Shown: positions 1 to 10,294, counted from the first letter of the stretch. The stretch is DNA of 64,000 nucleotides from an uncultured Candidatus Saccharibacteria bacterium (GCA_964510805.1 CAZEDG010000001.1:48227-112226), one strand, 5' to 3'. A program made the numbers and translations. Notes: generated from the sequence alone by a model not told the origin.

Positions 1-1
1 A

Positions 2-607
2 AACGAAGAATATCTCCTTGCTGTTTTTTATAAAGAGCTTTCCAGAGGGAGACTTCCGCACTACGAAGAGCTTAAGTTGCGTGGCCGAGGAGAGAAGATT
101 GTAAAGAAGCTTCTTGAAGAAATTCCCCATCATTATACCGGAGAACTTAAGGTTGAAGTTGATATGAAGGATGAAGGGGTTATGGTAGGTGATGCGCATC
201 TTATCGGGAAGATCGATCTTCTTGAGCAAAGAGACGGAATGTATACAGTGGTTGATTTTAAGACAGGTAAAGCTTTTTCTTCATGGGATTCTGCAGTGAC
301 TGATCTTGATAAGATTAAGTTACATAAGTACCGACAGCAACTCATCGTGTACAAACTACTTCTTGAGAATTCGATTCATTACAAAGGTACTCCTGTTGGT
401 AAGCTTGCGCTTAACTTTGTAGAAGAGGATGTGTTTACTGAACTTGTCCTTGATAGTGATGAAGTGGAAATAGAGAGAACGAAGAAGCTTATCGAAGCGG
501 TATATCACAAAATTGTCACACTACAGATTACGCCTGATCTCAGTAAGTATGAACCAACCTATAAAGGTATGAGGCAGTTTGAGGATGATTTGATTGATGG
601 TATGTAG
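2..607 (+). CDS. C-terminal PD-(D/E)XK nuclease domain of a larger protein, probably a UvrD/AddA-like helicase-nuclease (5' truncated by window)
   Basis: Frame open from base 2; GKIDLL...VVDFKTG...QLxxY RecB-family motifs. Confidence 0.75.
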   Translation, partial: NEEYLLAVFYKELSRGRLPHYEELKLRGRGEKIVKKLLEEIPHHYTGELKVEVDMKDEGVMVGDAHLIGKIDLLEQRDGMYTVVDFKTGKAFSSWDSAVTDLDKIKLHKYRQQLIVYKLLLENSIHYKGTPVGKLALNFVEEDVFTELVLDSDEVEIERTKKLIEAVYHKIVTLQITPDLSKYEPTYKGMRQFEDDLIDGM

Positions 608-616
608 AATGAAGAC

Positions 617-651
617 TAGATGTTGGACGTTAGACTTTAGATATTAGAAAA
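617..651 (+). repeat. 7-bp tandem array (TAGAYNT type)
   Basis: tagatgt tggacgt tagactt tagatat tagaaaa, 10 nt after the stop codon. Confidence 0.8.
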
Positions 652-691
652 TACAGAAAACACAAAGAACGAAGCCCTCAGCTTTGCTCTA

Positions 692-719
692 ACTAATAAC
701 CAATTACGAATTACGAGTG
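692..719 (+). repeat. 7-bp tandem array (ACGAATT type)
   Basis: actaata accaatt acgaatt acgagtg. Confidence 0.7.
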
Positions 720-735
720 GTATACTATCTTTACT

Positions 736-1611
736 ATGCCTGATAAATATTCTGCAGTGTGGGTATCTCATTCTTCGATGGGGGATTTTCTTAAATGTCC
801 ACGACTTTATTATCTTCATAACGTGTACAAGGATCCTAAAACTTTTCGTAAGATGACCATAGTAACGCCATACATGTCACTAGGTATCGCAGTACATAAT
901 GTACTCGAAGGACTTGGACAGTTCCCGTCTAACGAGCGCATGGATCGTGATCTTATTGCTTGGTTCAATGAAGAGTGGAAAAAAGTTTCTGGTCGGAAAG
1001 GCGGATTTCTTACAGAAGCACAAGACGAAGAGTTCAGGCTTCGTGGTGAGACAATGATACAGACCGCGATTGATAATCCACGTTTTCTTACCAATAAGCG
1101 AATCAAGCTTCCTCAAGGGAATATGCCTTGCAACTTCTATCTTTCTGAAGAAGATAATATTATTTTGAATGGTCTTGTTGATTGGATAGAATATCTTCCT
1201 GATGACACACTCCATGTGATTGACTTTAAGACAGGAAAGAATGAAGAGAGCGAATCATCAATGCAACTCCCTATTTATCTTCTTCTTTGTAATGCGCTTC
1301 AGAAGAGAAAAGTTGCCAAGGCGAGTTATTGGTATCTAGATGGTGACAAGATGGTAGAAAAGACTCTTCCTGACGAAAAGATTGCATACGAAGAAGTGCT
1401 CCGCACGGCAAAGAAAGTAAAAGAAGCAAGAGATAAAAAAGAATTTATATGTCCACAAGGAGATGGTGGATGTATGCACTGTAAGCCTTATGAAGCAATT
1501 CTCCGCCATAAAGAAGGCGAACACAATGAGGTTGAATATATAGGAGTTGGAGGGTTCAATCAGGATGTGTATATTATTGATAAAGAAAAAGGGATAGACA
1601 TACCATTTTAA
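736..1611 (+). CDS. PD-(D/E)XK nuclease (AddB/Cas4-like, probable Fe-S cysteines)
   Basis: SHSS..FLKCPR, GLVDWI, IDFKTG, QLPIY, C-terminal CPQGDGGCMHC. Confidence 0.85.
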   Translation: MPDKYSAVWVSHSSMGDFLKCPRLYYLHNVYKDPKTFRKMTIVTPYMSLGIAVHNVLEGLGQFPSNERMDRDLIAWFNEEWKKVSGRKGGFLTEAQDEEFRLRGETMIQTAIDNPRFLTNKRIKLPQGNMPCNFYLSEEDNIILNGLVDWIEYLPDDTLHVIDFKTGKNEESESSMQLPIYLLLCNALQKRKVAKASYWYLDGDKMVEKTLPDEKIAYEEVLRTAKKVKEARDKKEFICPQGDGGCMHCKPYEAILRHKEGEHNEVEYIGVGGFNQDVYIIDKEKGIDIPF

Positions 1612-1649
1612 TGTACGATATACTTAGTATATTTAATAAGAAAATCTGT

Positions 1650-2315
1650 ATGACACTACTTGGAAAATTTGTAATCGGGTCCTTTGCAATTCTTGTTGCT
1701 TCGGGTATCTTCTACGGTGTGATGTCGTATGTAGAACAAGATAATATTGCTTCACTTACAAAAAAAGAACAAAAGAAAGAAGAGGTTGTTGCAACATCAT
1801 CAACACCTACCGATGCGTCATCATCGGAACTTCTTGGGTTCGAGGCTACAGGTAATGGAACTTCTACCTTTCCTGTAGATCTTTCGGTTGATGCTTCTTC
1901 TACAAAACAAGCAACGTCATCAAAAAAATCCCCATCTAACAAAATTTCTTTTGTTGATTTTGTAAAGAAAGGAGGAGATTATAAGTGTGCGGTGACTCAG
2001 ACAGTTGCTAATATGACAAGCAACGGCACAGTGTATGTTTCGAATGATCTTGTAAGAGCAGAGTTCTCTACTTCCCTTGCAGGACAGACAATCAATACAA
2101 CAATGATTGCTCGCGATGGGTATACGTATACATGGACTTCAATGTCACAAGGTAAGGGGTACAAAGCAAAGATCACACAAGGTGCTTCTACTAATACAAC
2201 AAAAGCAACCTATACATGGAACGGGAGTCAGGTCGGAGAGTATTCATGTGATCCGTGGAAATTTGATAAGACGAAGTTTGACCTTCCAAAGGGTGTGACG
2301 TTTACGGAGATGTAA
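1650..2315 (+). CDS. membrane-anchored hypothetical protein with S/T-rich linker
   Basis: N-terminal TM helix, low-complexity linker, beta-rich C-domain with two Cys. Confidence 0.7.
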   Translation: MTLLGKFVIGSFAILVASGIFYGVMSYVEQDNIASLTKKEQKKEEVVATSSTPTDASSSELLGFEATGNGTSTFPVDLSVDASSTKQATSSKKSPSNKISFVDFVKKGGDYKCAVTQTVANMTSNGTVYVSNDLVRAEFSTSLAGQTINTTMIARDGYTYTWTSMSQGKGYKAKITQGASTNTTKATYTWNGSQVGEYSCDPWKFDKTKFDLPKGVTFTEM

Positions 2316-2317
2316 GG

Positions 2318-2352
2318 AATCGTTATTCGTAATTAGTTATTCGTAATTCGTG
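2318..2352 (+). repeat. 7-bp tandem array, reverse complement of ACGAATT type
   Basis: aatcgtt attcgta attagtt attcgta attcgtg just after stop. Confidence 0.75.
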
Positions 2353-2393
2353 TAAAACAAGGAATCGCTACAAGGCGAATTCCTTGTAGCGAT

Positions 2394-2690
2394 TTATTTT
2401 TGTTTAATGGGTCCGTATGGGATTTTCCCATCAAGATAGTCTTTTGGGTTCACGGTGATATTACCGTCACTAACTATTTGAGTAGTTTTTCTACGGTAAA
2501 CCCCGTTAGTATTTTGGTTCTTACAGACAAGAAGAACACTTTGTGGAACTTTTTCTCTACTAAGAGTATTATTGTATTCAACGGCAATAATTGAATTACC
2601 GTAGCCACAATTTTCTGGGTCTCTATCTTCGAAGATGCAAGCGCTTAGTGCGGTAGAAGTAATCAAAAGAACAACAAATGCTGTGTGCAT
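2394..2690 (-). CDS. orphan small secreted/lipoprotein-like protein
   Basis: Signal peptide ending LSAC; GGAG SD; TTGACT-N17-TAGTAT upstream; hairpin ~2363-2395. Confidence 0.6.
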   Translation of the reverse strand: MHTAFVVLLITSTALSACIFEDRDPENCGYGNSIIAVEYNNTLSREKVPQSVLLVCKNQNTNGVYRRKTTQIVSDGNITVNPKDYLDGKIPYGPIKQK

Positions 2691-2770
2691 ATTGGGTCTC
2701 CAAGTGGAAAAACAGCTTTTATGATACTACAATATCTAGCAAAGTAAGTCAATTTTTGGTTATGTATTTC

Positions 2771-2805
2771 TCTAACCTCTAACGTCTAATATCTAAAATC
2801 TAGAT
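2771..2805 (+). repeat. 7-bp tandem array (TCTAAYN, reverse complement of TAGA type)
   Basis: tctaacc tctaacg tctaata tctaaaa tctagat abutting the -10 box of the next gene. Confidence 0.8.
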
Positions 2806-2822
2806 ATGCTATAATGTCCAGT

Positions 2823-3563
2823 ATGTTATATTGTTACGGAAAAAATCCTCTTCATGAAGCACTTAAGAAGCATGTCAAGACTCCATGCATTGAGAAGCTT
2901 TTTATTACAAAGCAAGCACTTCTCGAAAAAGATATTGCAAGTGCAATTGATCGTTACAAGCTTCCTTATACTGTTGTTACCCGTGAAGAGATTGAACATC
3001 AGGTGGGTAAGTCATCAGTACATCAAGGGGTGATGTTTACAGTGCATGAGAAATCCCTTTTTGTTCCACTTGATACGCTTCTTGTTGCATTAGAAAAGAA
3101 AGAGCGACCCCTCCTTGTACTTCTTGATGCATTAGAAGACCCGCACAACATCGGTGCAATTATTCGTTCTGCTCTTGCTTTTGGTGCAGATGGTATTATT
3201 CTCTCCCATCGTCACACAGGATCGCTTACAGGAACTTCTGTAAAAGCTTCTGCTGGCGCGCTTTTCCATATTCCTCTTGCGGAAGTAGTGAATACTAATG
3301 CTACACTTATTGCTCTTAAGAAGCGTCGTTTTTGGATATATGCGCTTGTAGGAGGAGGTGATACTTCGCTTACAAAGGTAGCTTTTGACAGTCCTTCTGT
3401 TCTTGTGGTTGGTAATGAAGGAGAAGGAATAGGGAAGAAGACGCTTGAGCACTCTGATTTTAGACTTTCTATTCCTATTACAAAAGAATGCGAATCGCTT
3501 AATGCATCAAATGCAACAGCTGTTGCGCTCTATGAATGGAGGAGGCAAAATAATGCAATATAA
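2823..3563 (+). CDS. rlmB: 23S rRNA 2'-O-methyltransferase, SpoU/TrmH family
   Basis: YGKNP, HQGV, DPHNIGAIIRSA, GNEGEG, SLNASNA motifs. Confidence 0.85.
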   Translation: MLYCYGKNPLHEALKKHVKTPCIEKLFITKQALLEKDIASAIDRYKLPYTVVTREEIEHQVGKSSVHQGVMFTVHEKSLFVPLDTLLVALEKKERPLLVLLDALEDPHNIGAIIRSALAFGADGIILSHRHTGSLTGTSVKASAGALFHIPLAEVVNTNATLIALKKRRFWIYALVGGGDTSLTKVAFDSPSVLVVGNEGEGIGKKTLEHSDFRLSIPITKECESLNASNATAVALYEWRRQNNAI

Positions 3564-3613
3564 TTATATTGTGTAAATCATGCATATTGCTAAATAAATG
3601 CTAAAATGTGCCT

Positions 3614-4663
3614 ATGATTAAGCGACTTACGAAGCATCTCTCGAATGATATTGGAATTGATCTTGGAACTGCTAATACACTCGTGTATCTTCGTGGAAGA
3701 GGAATTGTGATTAATGAGCCTTCTGTGGTTGCGGTGAATGCTAAGACTAATCGTGTTGTTGCTGTTGGTATCGAAGCGAAGAACATGATGGGAAGAACTC
3801 CGTCGCATATTCGTATTGTACGACCTCTTGTTGATGGTGTGATTTCTGATTATGAAGTAACGGAAGAGATGCTTAGTTATCTTATCAATAAAGCCAATGA
3901 GATTGATCGTAAGCCATTTCGTCCTCGTGTTGTCATCGGTGTACCGGTCGGAATCACCAATGTAGAGATGCGTGCTGTCTATGACGCTGCTAAGTCAGCA
4001 GGAGCAAGTAGTATCTTTATTGTAGAAGAACCGATGTCTGCAGCGATCGGTGTACACATGCCAATTCATGAACCAGTTGGAAGTATGATTGTTGATATCG
4101 GAGGAGGGACTACTGATATTGCTGTGATTGCGCTCTCAGGTATTGTACGAGCGAAAAGTCTTAAGGTTGCAGGAGATAAGCTTACAGAAGACATCATCTC
4201 GTATATGCGTGACGAGTTCAAGATGCTTATCGGAGAAAAAACAGGTGAGCATATCAAAATGACAATAGGGTCTGCACTTCCTGACGAAAACACTCAAGAG
4301 TTAAGCGTAAAAGGCCGTGATCTTGTAACAGGACTTCCACGAGAAGCAATTATTACTGACGTCGATGTACGAGAAGCGATGTATTCTTCTGTTGCGTCAC
4401 TTGTGGATGCGATTCGTGAAGTACTTGAGACTACTCCACCTGAAGTACTCTCTGATATTATGCATAAAGGTATCACTCTTGCAGGAGGAGGTGCGCTTAT
4501 TAGGAATTTACCTAACCTGCTCGAGATGCAACTCAAAGTTCCAGTTACTGTCGCTGATGATCCTCTCACTGCAGTTGCTCGTGGTACAGGAATTATTCTC
4601 GAACATCTTGATCGCTACAAGGATGTACTTATAGAAAACACCGATGACATATCATTTAGGTAA
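3614..4663 (+). CDS. mreB: rod shape-determining protein MreB
   Basis: IDLGTANT, EPSVVA, DIGGGTTD, GGGA; followed by mreC and PBP2. Confidence 0.95.
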   Translation: MIKRLTKHLSNDIGIDLGTANTLVYLRGRGIVINEPSVVAVNAKTNRVVAVGIEAKNMMGRTPSHIRIVRPLVDGVISDYEVTEEMLSYLINKANEIDRKPFRPRVVIGVPVGITNVEMRAVYDAAKSAGASSIFIVEEPMSAAIGVHMPIHEPVGSMIVDIGGGTTDIAVIALSGIVRAKSLKVAGDKLTEDIISYMRDEFKMLIGEKTGEHIKMTIGSALPDENTQELSVKGRDLVTGLPREAIITDVDVREAMYSSVASLVDAIREVLETTPPEVLSDIMHKGITLAGGGALIRNLPNLLEMQLKVPVTVADDPLTAVARGTGIILEHLDRYKDVLIENTDDISFR

Positions 4664-5438
4664 AAAAAGAAGATCACCATTAATCAAGTATGGGATAGCG
4701 AGCATGCTTATCATACTCTATGCTTTTTTTTGGCCTACCATAAAAAAAACACTCTACCCTCTATTTGAGCCTCTTGTAGTAAGCTATGCTGACTCTAAGG
4801 GGGCGCTTGGATTTTTCCCTACATTTATACAGACCTATGTTATTTCTCATAAAACTTTAGAAAATGAGAACACAGCACTTAAAGCTGTAATCGAAACACT
4901 TGAGAATCAGGTTGCCAAGCAAGACGCAGAACTTCGCGAGTATGGTCTTATTCATGACGAGAATGCAAGCAGTTCTTTTCCTGTAGAGGACAAACCTATT
5001 GTTATGTATCCACTTTCTCAAGATATTACGAAGTTGTACTCAAGCATTGTACTCTCTAAAGGTTTCAAAGACGGTGTTGCTGTTAATATGCTTGTTTCTG
5101 TAAAAGGAAGAAATGTTGTCTGTCGTATCAAGGAAGTATATCGATCTACCTCGCTCTGTGAACTACTCTCTTCGTACGGAGTGACTACAGAAGGGGTTAC
5201 TTCATCATCTTCGGTAACACTTACTCTCTCTGGTCGTGGAGGACATTACTTGGGAGACGTTGCAAGAGATACACCTATTACAGAAGGAGAAAAAGTATAC
5301 CTCCGTAGCAATCCAAGCCTTGTTCTTGGAACAGTAAGGCAGGTGCTCACTAATAATCAGGCAACGTCGTGGTATGTTTTTGTGGAGACTGTCTATAACC
5401 CGGTTTCCTCTTCCGTTTTTTATGCAGAACAGGAGTGA
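4644..5438 (+). CDS. mreC: rod shape-determining protein MreC (divergent)
   Basis: TM, coiled coil, beta domain (KGFKDGV); position after mreB. Confidence 0.75.
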   Translation: MTYHLGKKRRSPLIKYGIASMLIILYAFFWPTIKKTLYPLFEPLVVSYADSKGALGFFPTFIQTYVISHKTLENENTALKAVIETLENQVAKQDAELREYGLIHDENASSSFPVEDKPIVMYPLSQDITKLYSSIVLSKGFKDGVAVNMLVSVKGRNVVCRIKEVYRSTSLCELLSSYGVTTEGVTSSSSVTLTLSGRGGHYLGDVARDTPITEGEKVYLRSNPSLVLGTVRQVLTNNQATSWYVFVETVYNPVSSSVFYAEQE

Positions 5439-5601
5439 TGTTTCTAAAAAAAAGTATAGCTTTATCTCTATAGGTCTTTTCCTTGCATTTCTTTTTGATC
5501 TTTTTTTGGGGACAGAGAGACTCCCTATAGCCTCACTTCTTGTCTGTGGTATAGTAGGGGTATATGCGTTTATTTCGCCGTATATTTACAGACCGCGCTA
5601 G
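5422..5601 (+). CDS. 59-aa two-TM protein, possible reduced MreD
   Basis: Occupies the mreD slot overlapping both neighbours; hydrophobic with FDLFLG. Confidence 0.45.
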   Translation: MQNRSDVSKKKYSFISIGLFLAFLFDLFLGTERLPIASLLVCGIVGVYAFISPYIYRPR

Positions 5602-7303
5602 GCGTGCTGCTTCTCATGAGATTAGTCCTGAGGATGTGTTCATTGATTCACAGAACCTCTCCTCGCTTAATCTTGACCAGATGGAAGGGCAACTTGAGAG
5701 ACCTCTTGGAAAACATGTTTTTTATATTGCGCTTTTTTTGATCATCCTTCTTGTTGGAGGTTTTTCGTATCGACTATTTGCTATGCAGATACTTGGAAGA
5801 GAGGAATATCAAGAGCTTGCAGATAATAATCATCTGAAGAAGATACCACTCTTTCCTCTTCGTGGTACGATTTCTGATCGTAATGGAAAGTTGCTTGCAT
5901 GGAATTCAGAGTACGAAGTAGGAAGCTCAACAGAAAAACAAAAAATTACCGATGATATTCCTCGTCGTGAGTATACAAGCGAAGGAGGCTTTTCTCATCT
6001 TCTTGGTTATGTAAGTTATCCTAAACGTGATCAGTCAGGTGTCTTTTGGCAAGATGAATACTTCGGTAAAGACGGCGTTGAAAAAGAGTATCAAAATGAG
6101 CTCGCTGGAGTAAAAGGTGAACGTATCATTGAGGTGACTGCAACACAATCAGTTGAGGCGCAGAATGTGGTGGTATATCCTTCGCACGGGGAGAATCTCA
6201 TGCTTACTATTGATAAAGATGTTCAGGCAAAACTCTACGAGGAGATGATTGCACTTTCTCATAAGGCAGGATTTACAGGAGGTTCTGGGGTGATTATGGA
6301 TGTACGAAATGGAGAAATTCTTGCGCTTACAAGTTTTCCTGAGTATGATAACAATCTCATTACGAATGCTAAGACAAAAGAAGACAAAACACGTGTAGCT
6401 GATGATCTTCTTGATAAACGTGGCAAGTTCATCAATCGCCCTGTACAAGGGCTCTTTACTCCAGGATCAACGGTGAAGCCTTTTTTTGCGTACGCTGCTC
6501 TTGCTGAAAATATCATTACTCCAGAAAAAAATATTTACAGTTCTGGAAAGCTTGTGATTAAGAACAGATATGATGGACCTGATACTGTTTTTCGTGACTG
6601 GAAAGCACATGGGTATGTGGATATGCGTAACGCAATTGCTGAGTCATCCGATGAATACTTCTATCAAGTAGGAGGTGGGTATCAAGACCAGCCTGGACTT
6701 GGTATTGCAAGACTTCATGAATATGCGACTAAGTTTGGCTTTGCAACAACAACGGGAATAGATTTACCTGGAGAGAATTATGGGCTAGTTCCTTCCCCAG
6801 AATGGAAGAAAAAAGTGTTTAACGAAGATTGGCTTTTGGGGAATACCTACCATTCATCAATCGGACAGTATGGATTCCAAGTTACTCCGCTTGAGCTTGT
6901 GAGAGCGGTTGCTTCGATCGCTAATGGTGGATACCTCGTAACTCCTCATGTGCTTAGACGGCTGGATACTGCAAGTACTTCGCTCTCACTTAATCAGTCT
7001 AAGCTTAGTGTGATTCAGGAAGGGATGCGTCTTGCAGTTACAAGTGATGGAGGTACCGCTAAGGCGTTACGAATTGATGATGTGCATGTTGCTGGTAAAT
7101 CAGGTACCGCAGAACTTGGCGTGAGTAAGCAGTTAGTGAACTCTTGGATTAGTGGATATTTTCCATATGAAAACCCAAGGTATGCCTTTGTAGTAATCAT
7201 GGAAAAAGGCGATAGACATAATCCATTCGGTGCAGTCGGTGCAATGAGAGAGGTATTACTTTGGATGAGAGATAACACTTCGTATACGAAGGCGGGGGAG
7301 TAG
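5564..7303 (+). CDS. mrdA: penicillin-binding protein 2 (class B)
   Basis: RGTISDRNG, STVK, SSD, KSG motifs. Confidence 0.9.
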   Translation: MRLFRRIFTDRARRAASHEISPEDVFIDSQNLSSLNLDQMEGQLERPLGKHVFYIALFLIILLVGGFSYRLFAMQILGREEYQELADNNHLKKIPLFPLRGTISDRNGKLLAWNSEYEVGSSTEKQKITDDIPRREYTSEGGFSHLLGYVSYPKRDQSGVFWQDEYFGKDGVEKEYQNELAGVKGERIIEVTATQSVEAQNVVVYPSHGENLMLTIDKDVQAKLYEEMIALSHKAGFTGGSGVIMDVRNGEILALTSFPEYDNNLITNAKTKEDKTRVADDLLDKRGKFINRPVQGLFTPGSTVKPFFAYAALAENIITPEKNIYSSGKLVIKNRYDGPDTVFRDWKAHGYVDMRNAIAESSDEYFYQVGGGYQDQPGLGIARLHEYATKFGFATTTGIDLPGENYGLVPSPEWKKKVFNEDWLLGNTYHSSIGQYGFQVTPLELVRAVASIANGGYLVTPHVLRRLDTASTSLSLNQSKLSVIQEGMRLAVTSDGGTAKALRIDDVHVAGKSGTAELGVSKQLVNSWISGYFPYENPRYAFVVIMEKGDRHNPFGAVGAMREVLLWMRDNTSYTKAGE

Positions 7304-7414
7304 AAGACGGCGTACATACATTTTTTAATGAAAAGAAAAATGAAAAGTGCGCGAAGCCAAGAGGCTTCGCGCATGGTGTTCTTACTTGCCCGTTAGATAA
7401 CTAGGGCAGCCTCC

Positions 7415-7783
7415 TTAAACACTTCTTTGCTTGGTTGAGATTTGGATGAATGGTCCGGTAAGAGGTTCCTCAAAAACGCTATCGCAATTATTTTTGTAAA
7501 GTCTCGGCACTTCTTTACTCACTTGCTGGCCATCGCTTAAGCGTGGGTAAGAATACAAGAAAGGAGTACCTGTTCTGCCTGTACAACTAATACGTGCAAG
7601 TCCATTTCTGGATTCGTATTCGGGTACTACGATATTGTCCAACCCAACACTCAGAATGGTCTTTTGTGTTGGAAACGGTTCCTCTTTTCCTTCTCTTGAA
7701 AGGAAGAAGATACTAACAGTACCTCCGCACCTGACTGATTGTTGCATTTTTGAGTCTCTTTCTTTATGATAAGATCCACTCAT
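7415..7783 (-). CDS. orphan hypothetical protein (start may be 7747)
   Basis: Stand-alone ORF, TTGACA upstream, hairpin ~7348-7373 downstream. Confidence 0.5.
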   Translation of the reverse strand: MSGSYHKERDSKMQQSVRCGGTVSIFFLSREGKEEPFPTQKTILSVGLDNIVVPEYESRNGLARISCTGRTGTPFLYSYPRLSDGQQVSKEVPRLYKNNCDSVFEEPLTGPFIQISTKQRSV

Positions 7784-7862
7784 TATCCTGCACTAATTAA
7801 GTATATTTGTCAATATTTAACAACAATGAAGAGTGTGGTACAATGGTGAGCACACTTTATTT

Positions 7863-8318
7863 ATGGAATATCTAACCTTAGAAAAGAAACAATTATTAGA
7901 AGATGAGCTTAAGAATCTCAAGACGGTTCGCCGTAAGGAGATAGCTGACGCTCTTGAATATGCTAAAAGTCTCGGCGATCTCTCAGAAAACGCTGAGTAT
8001 CATCAAGCACGTGAAGATCAAGCCAACTGTGAGGATCGTATTAGTCATATTGAGCAAATTCTCAAGAATGCAGTGATTATGGAGTCATCTCTTTCAGGGG
8101 TGATACATGTTGGTTCTACTGTTACTGTGCTTAAGAAAGGAGAGAAGCAAGAGCGAACCTATGCTCTTGTTGGAAGTGAGGAAGCAGATTCAATTTCTGG
8201 AAAGATTTCTAATGAATCACCACTTGGACAAGCGCTTCTTGGAAAGAAGAAAGGCGACAAGGTAACAGTACATGCTCCAAAAGGAGAGATGGAATATTCT
8301 ATTGTTGGAATAGAATAA
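7863..8318 (+). CDS. greA: transcription elongation factor GreA
   Basis: GDLSENAEY, ISNESPLG. Confidence 0.97.
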   Translation: MEYLTLEKKQLLEDELKNLKTVRRKEIADALEYAKSLGDLSENAEYHQAREDQANCEDRISHIEQILKNAVIMESSLSGVIHVGSTVTVLKKGEKQERTYALVGSEEADSISGKISNESPLGQALLGKKKGDKVTVHAPKGEMEYSIVGIE

Positions 8319-8339
8319 GAAAGACGACAGAATACTGAC

Positions 8340-8502
8340 TAGATTTTAGAGATTAGACTTTAGGTATTAGTTGGGCACAGAATACAAAGAGCGACGCCGT
8401 AGGCGTCGCTCTTTGTATTCTTAGTTATGTTTTTGCTTTTTGTTTTCATTCTTCATTCCTCCCTCTTTTCCTAATATCTAAAGTCTAATATCTACTATCT
8501 AG
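8340..8502. repeat. composite element: TAGA-type heptamer arm, perfect 20-bp palindrome (8379-8421), inverted heptamer arm
   Basis: agaatacaaagagcgacgcc-gta-ggcgtcgctctttgtattct; tagactttaggtattag is near-complementary to ctaatatctaaagtcta. Confidence 0.85.
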
Positions 8503-8601
8503 TCTTGTGTCGACTAACTCCCCACAATTTGTTATGATGGCTGTATGAATGTATTATAGTGGTGACTAATTACGAATAACTAATAACGAATAACTATCCC
8601 T

Positions 8602-10059
8602 ATGGCATCCCTCGAAGAACTTAAGCAATCTCGCATAAAAAAATTAGAAGCGCTTAAAGAGCGTGGGTATGTACCGTATCCAAGCAAGGCCAAGACAACT
8701 CACACCCTCAAAGAGCTTACTCATTCTTTTGCTTCACTTGAAAGTTCTCACGAAGTTGTTACTGTAGCAGGTCGTGTCATGTCATCACGTGGGCAAGGCG
8801 CTCTTGTTTTCTTTGATCTCTACGATGGTACCGCAAGACTTCAGTCAGTAATTAAGCTTCCAGAGTCAGGGGAAGTTGCTCACGCTTTTTATAATGAATT
8901 TGTTGATATCGGTGATTTTGTTTCTGTGACAGGGACAGCTTTTGTCACCCGTTCAGGTCAACCAAGTATTCTTGTGTCAGAGGTTTCTATGCTTTCTAAG
9001 TCACTTCTTCCTCTTCCTGATAAGTATCACGGGATTCAAGATGAAGAGCTTCGTATGCGTGAGAGATATCTTGATATCCTTACTAACGGAGAGCTTCGTG
9101 ATCTTTTTGAAAAGAAGGCTAAGTTTTGGAATGTGGTGAGAACTTTTCTTGGTGAACGAGGATTTCTTGAAGTTGAGACGCCAACTATCGAAATTACAAC
9201 AGGAGGCGCAGAAGCAAGACCTTTCAAAACATATCACAATGATTTTGATCTTAACGTGTTTATGCGTATTTCGATTGGTGAACTTTGGCAAAAACGCCTC
9301 ATGTCTGCAGGATTTCCAAGAACATTTGAGATAGGGCGAGCATACCGTAATGAAGGTTCTTCACCGGAACATGTACAAGAATTTACTAACTGTGAATTCT
9401 ATATGGCGTATGCTAATTATGAGGATGGTATGAAACTTGTTGAGGAGTTGTATCGAAGAATTGCACAAGAGGTGTTCGGTACTACCATCTTTACGACACG
9501 TGGGCATACTTTTGACCTGTCAGAGGAATGGAGACGTGTTGACTATAGGGAAGAGATTCTTAAGCAGACAGGTATCGATATCATGAAAGCAACAGATGAA
9601 GAGATTGTTACTAAACTTCAATCACTGCATGTAAAGTATGACGGCACGAATCGCGAGAGACTTACGGATACACTTTGGAAATATTGCCGTAAGCATATTG
9701 CTGGACCTGCTTTTCTTATTAACCATCCGCTTCTTGTTGCTCCGCTTGCAAAAGCAAATGAAGACGGTGTTACTGCACAAATATTCCAGCCAATCTTAGC
9801 AGGAAGCGAAATTGGAAAGGGGTATAGTGAGTTAAATGATCCAATTGATCAACGTGAGCGCTTCGATAAACAGCAAGAACTACTTGCCTCCGGTGATGAA
9901 GAAGCTATGATGGCGGATGATTCTTTTGTTGAAATGCTCGAGCATGGTATGCCTCCTACATGTGGATTTGGTTTTGGTGAACGATTATTTGCTTTTCTTG
10001 TAGATAAACCAATTCGTGAAGTGCATATGTTCCCACTTGTAAAACCGAAAGGAGAATGA
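8602..10059 (+). CDS. lysS: lysine--tRNA ligase (class II)
   Basis: OB fold, RERYLD, GGAEARPF, YSELNDP, GMPP. Confidence 0.97.
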   Translation: MASLEELKQSRIKKLEALKERGYVPYPSKAKTTHTLKELTHSFASLESSHEVVTVAGRVMSSRGQGALVFFDLYDGTARLQSVIKLPESGEVAHAFYNEFVDIGDFVSVTGTAFVTRSGQPSILVSEVSMLSKSLLPLPDKYHGIQDEELRMRERYLDILTNGELRDLFEKKAKFWNVVRTFLGERGFLEVETPTIEITTGGAEARPFKTYHNDFDLNVFMRISIGELWQKRLMSAGFPRTFEIGRAYRNEGSSPEHVQEFTNCEFYMAYANYEDGMKLVEELYRRIAQEVFGTTIFTTRGHTFDLSEEWRRVDYREEILKQTGIDIMKATDEEIVTKLQSLHVKYDGTNRERLTDTLWKYCRKHIAGPAFLINHPLLVAPLAKANEDGVTAQIFQPILAGSEIGKGYSELNDPIDQRERFDKQQELLASGDEEAMMADDSFVEMLEHGMPPTCGFGFGERLFAFLVDKPIREVHMFPLVKPKGE

Positions 10060-10126
10060 AGAGTGAAGAGTGAAGTTAATACATAAATCCTAAATTAAAG
10101 ATAACAGATTACAGATAGAAGTACAT

Positions 10127-10155
10127 AAAGAGCGACACCGTAGGTGTCGCTCTTT
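10127..10155. repeat. second copy of the GCGACRCC-GTA-GGYGTCGC palindrome, likely terminator
   Basis: aaagagcgacacc-gta-ggtgtcgctcttt; compensatory change relative to the 8379 copy. Confidence 0.85.
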
Positions 10156-10234
10156 GTATTTACAACCTCACTCCTCATGCTTCTTGCCTCATTCTCTCCA
10201 CTATCCACACTTTTCTTTCTCTTTTTACTACAAA

Positions 10235-10270
10235 GTGGGGTATAATGGGTTCAAGTGGGGGGAAGTGGGA
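10235..10270 (+). promoter_or_regulatory. MraZ-binding direct repeats
   Basis: TGGG at 10236, 10246, 10256, 10266 (10-bp period) overlapping TATAAT, upstream of mraZ. Confidence 0.85.
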
Positions 10271-10294
10271 GATTTTCCACCACTTACGACCGTT

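Noticed and set aside
736-1611. Cas4 / CRISPR locus
   Set aside because: No cas1/cas2 and no repeat-spacer array anywhere in the window.
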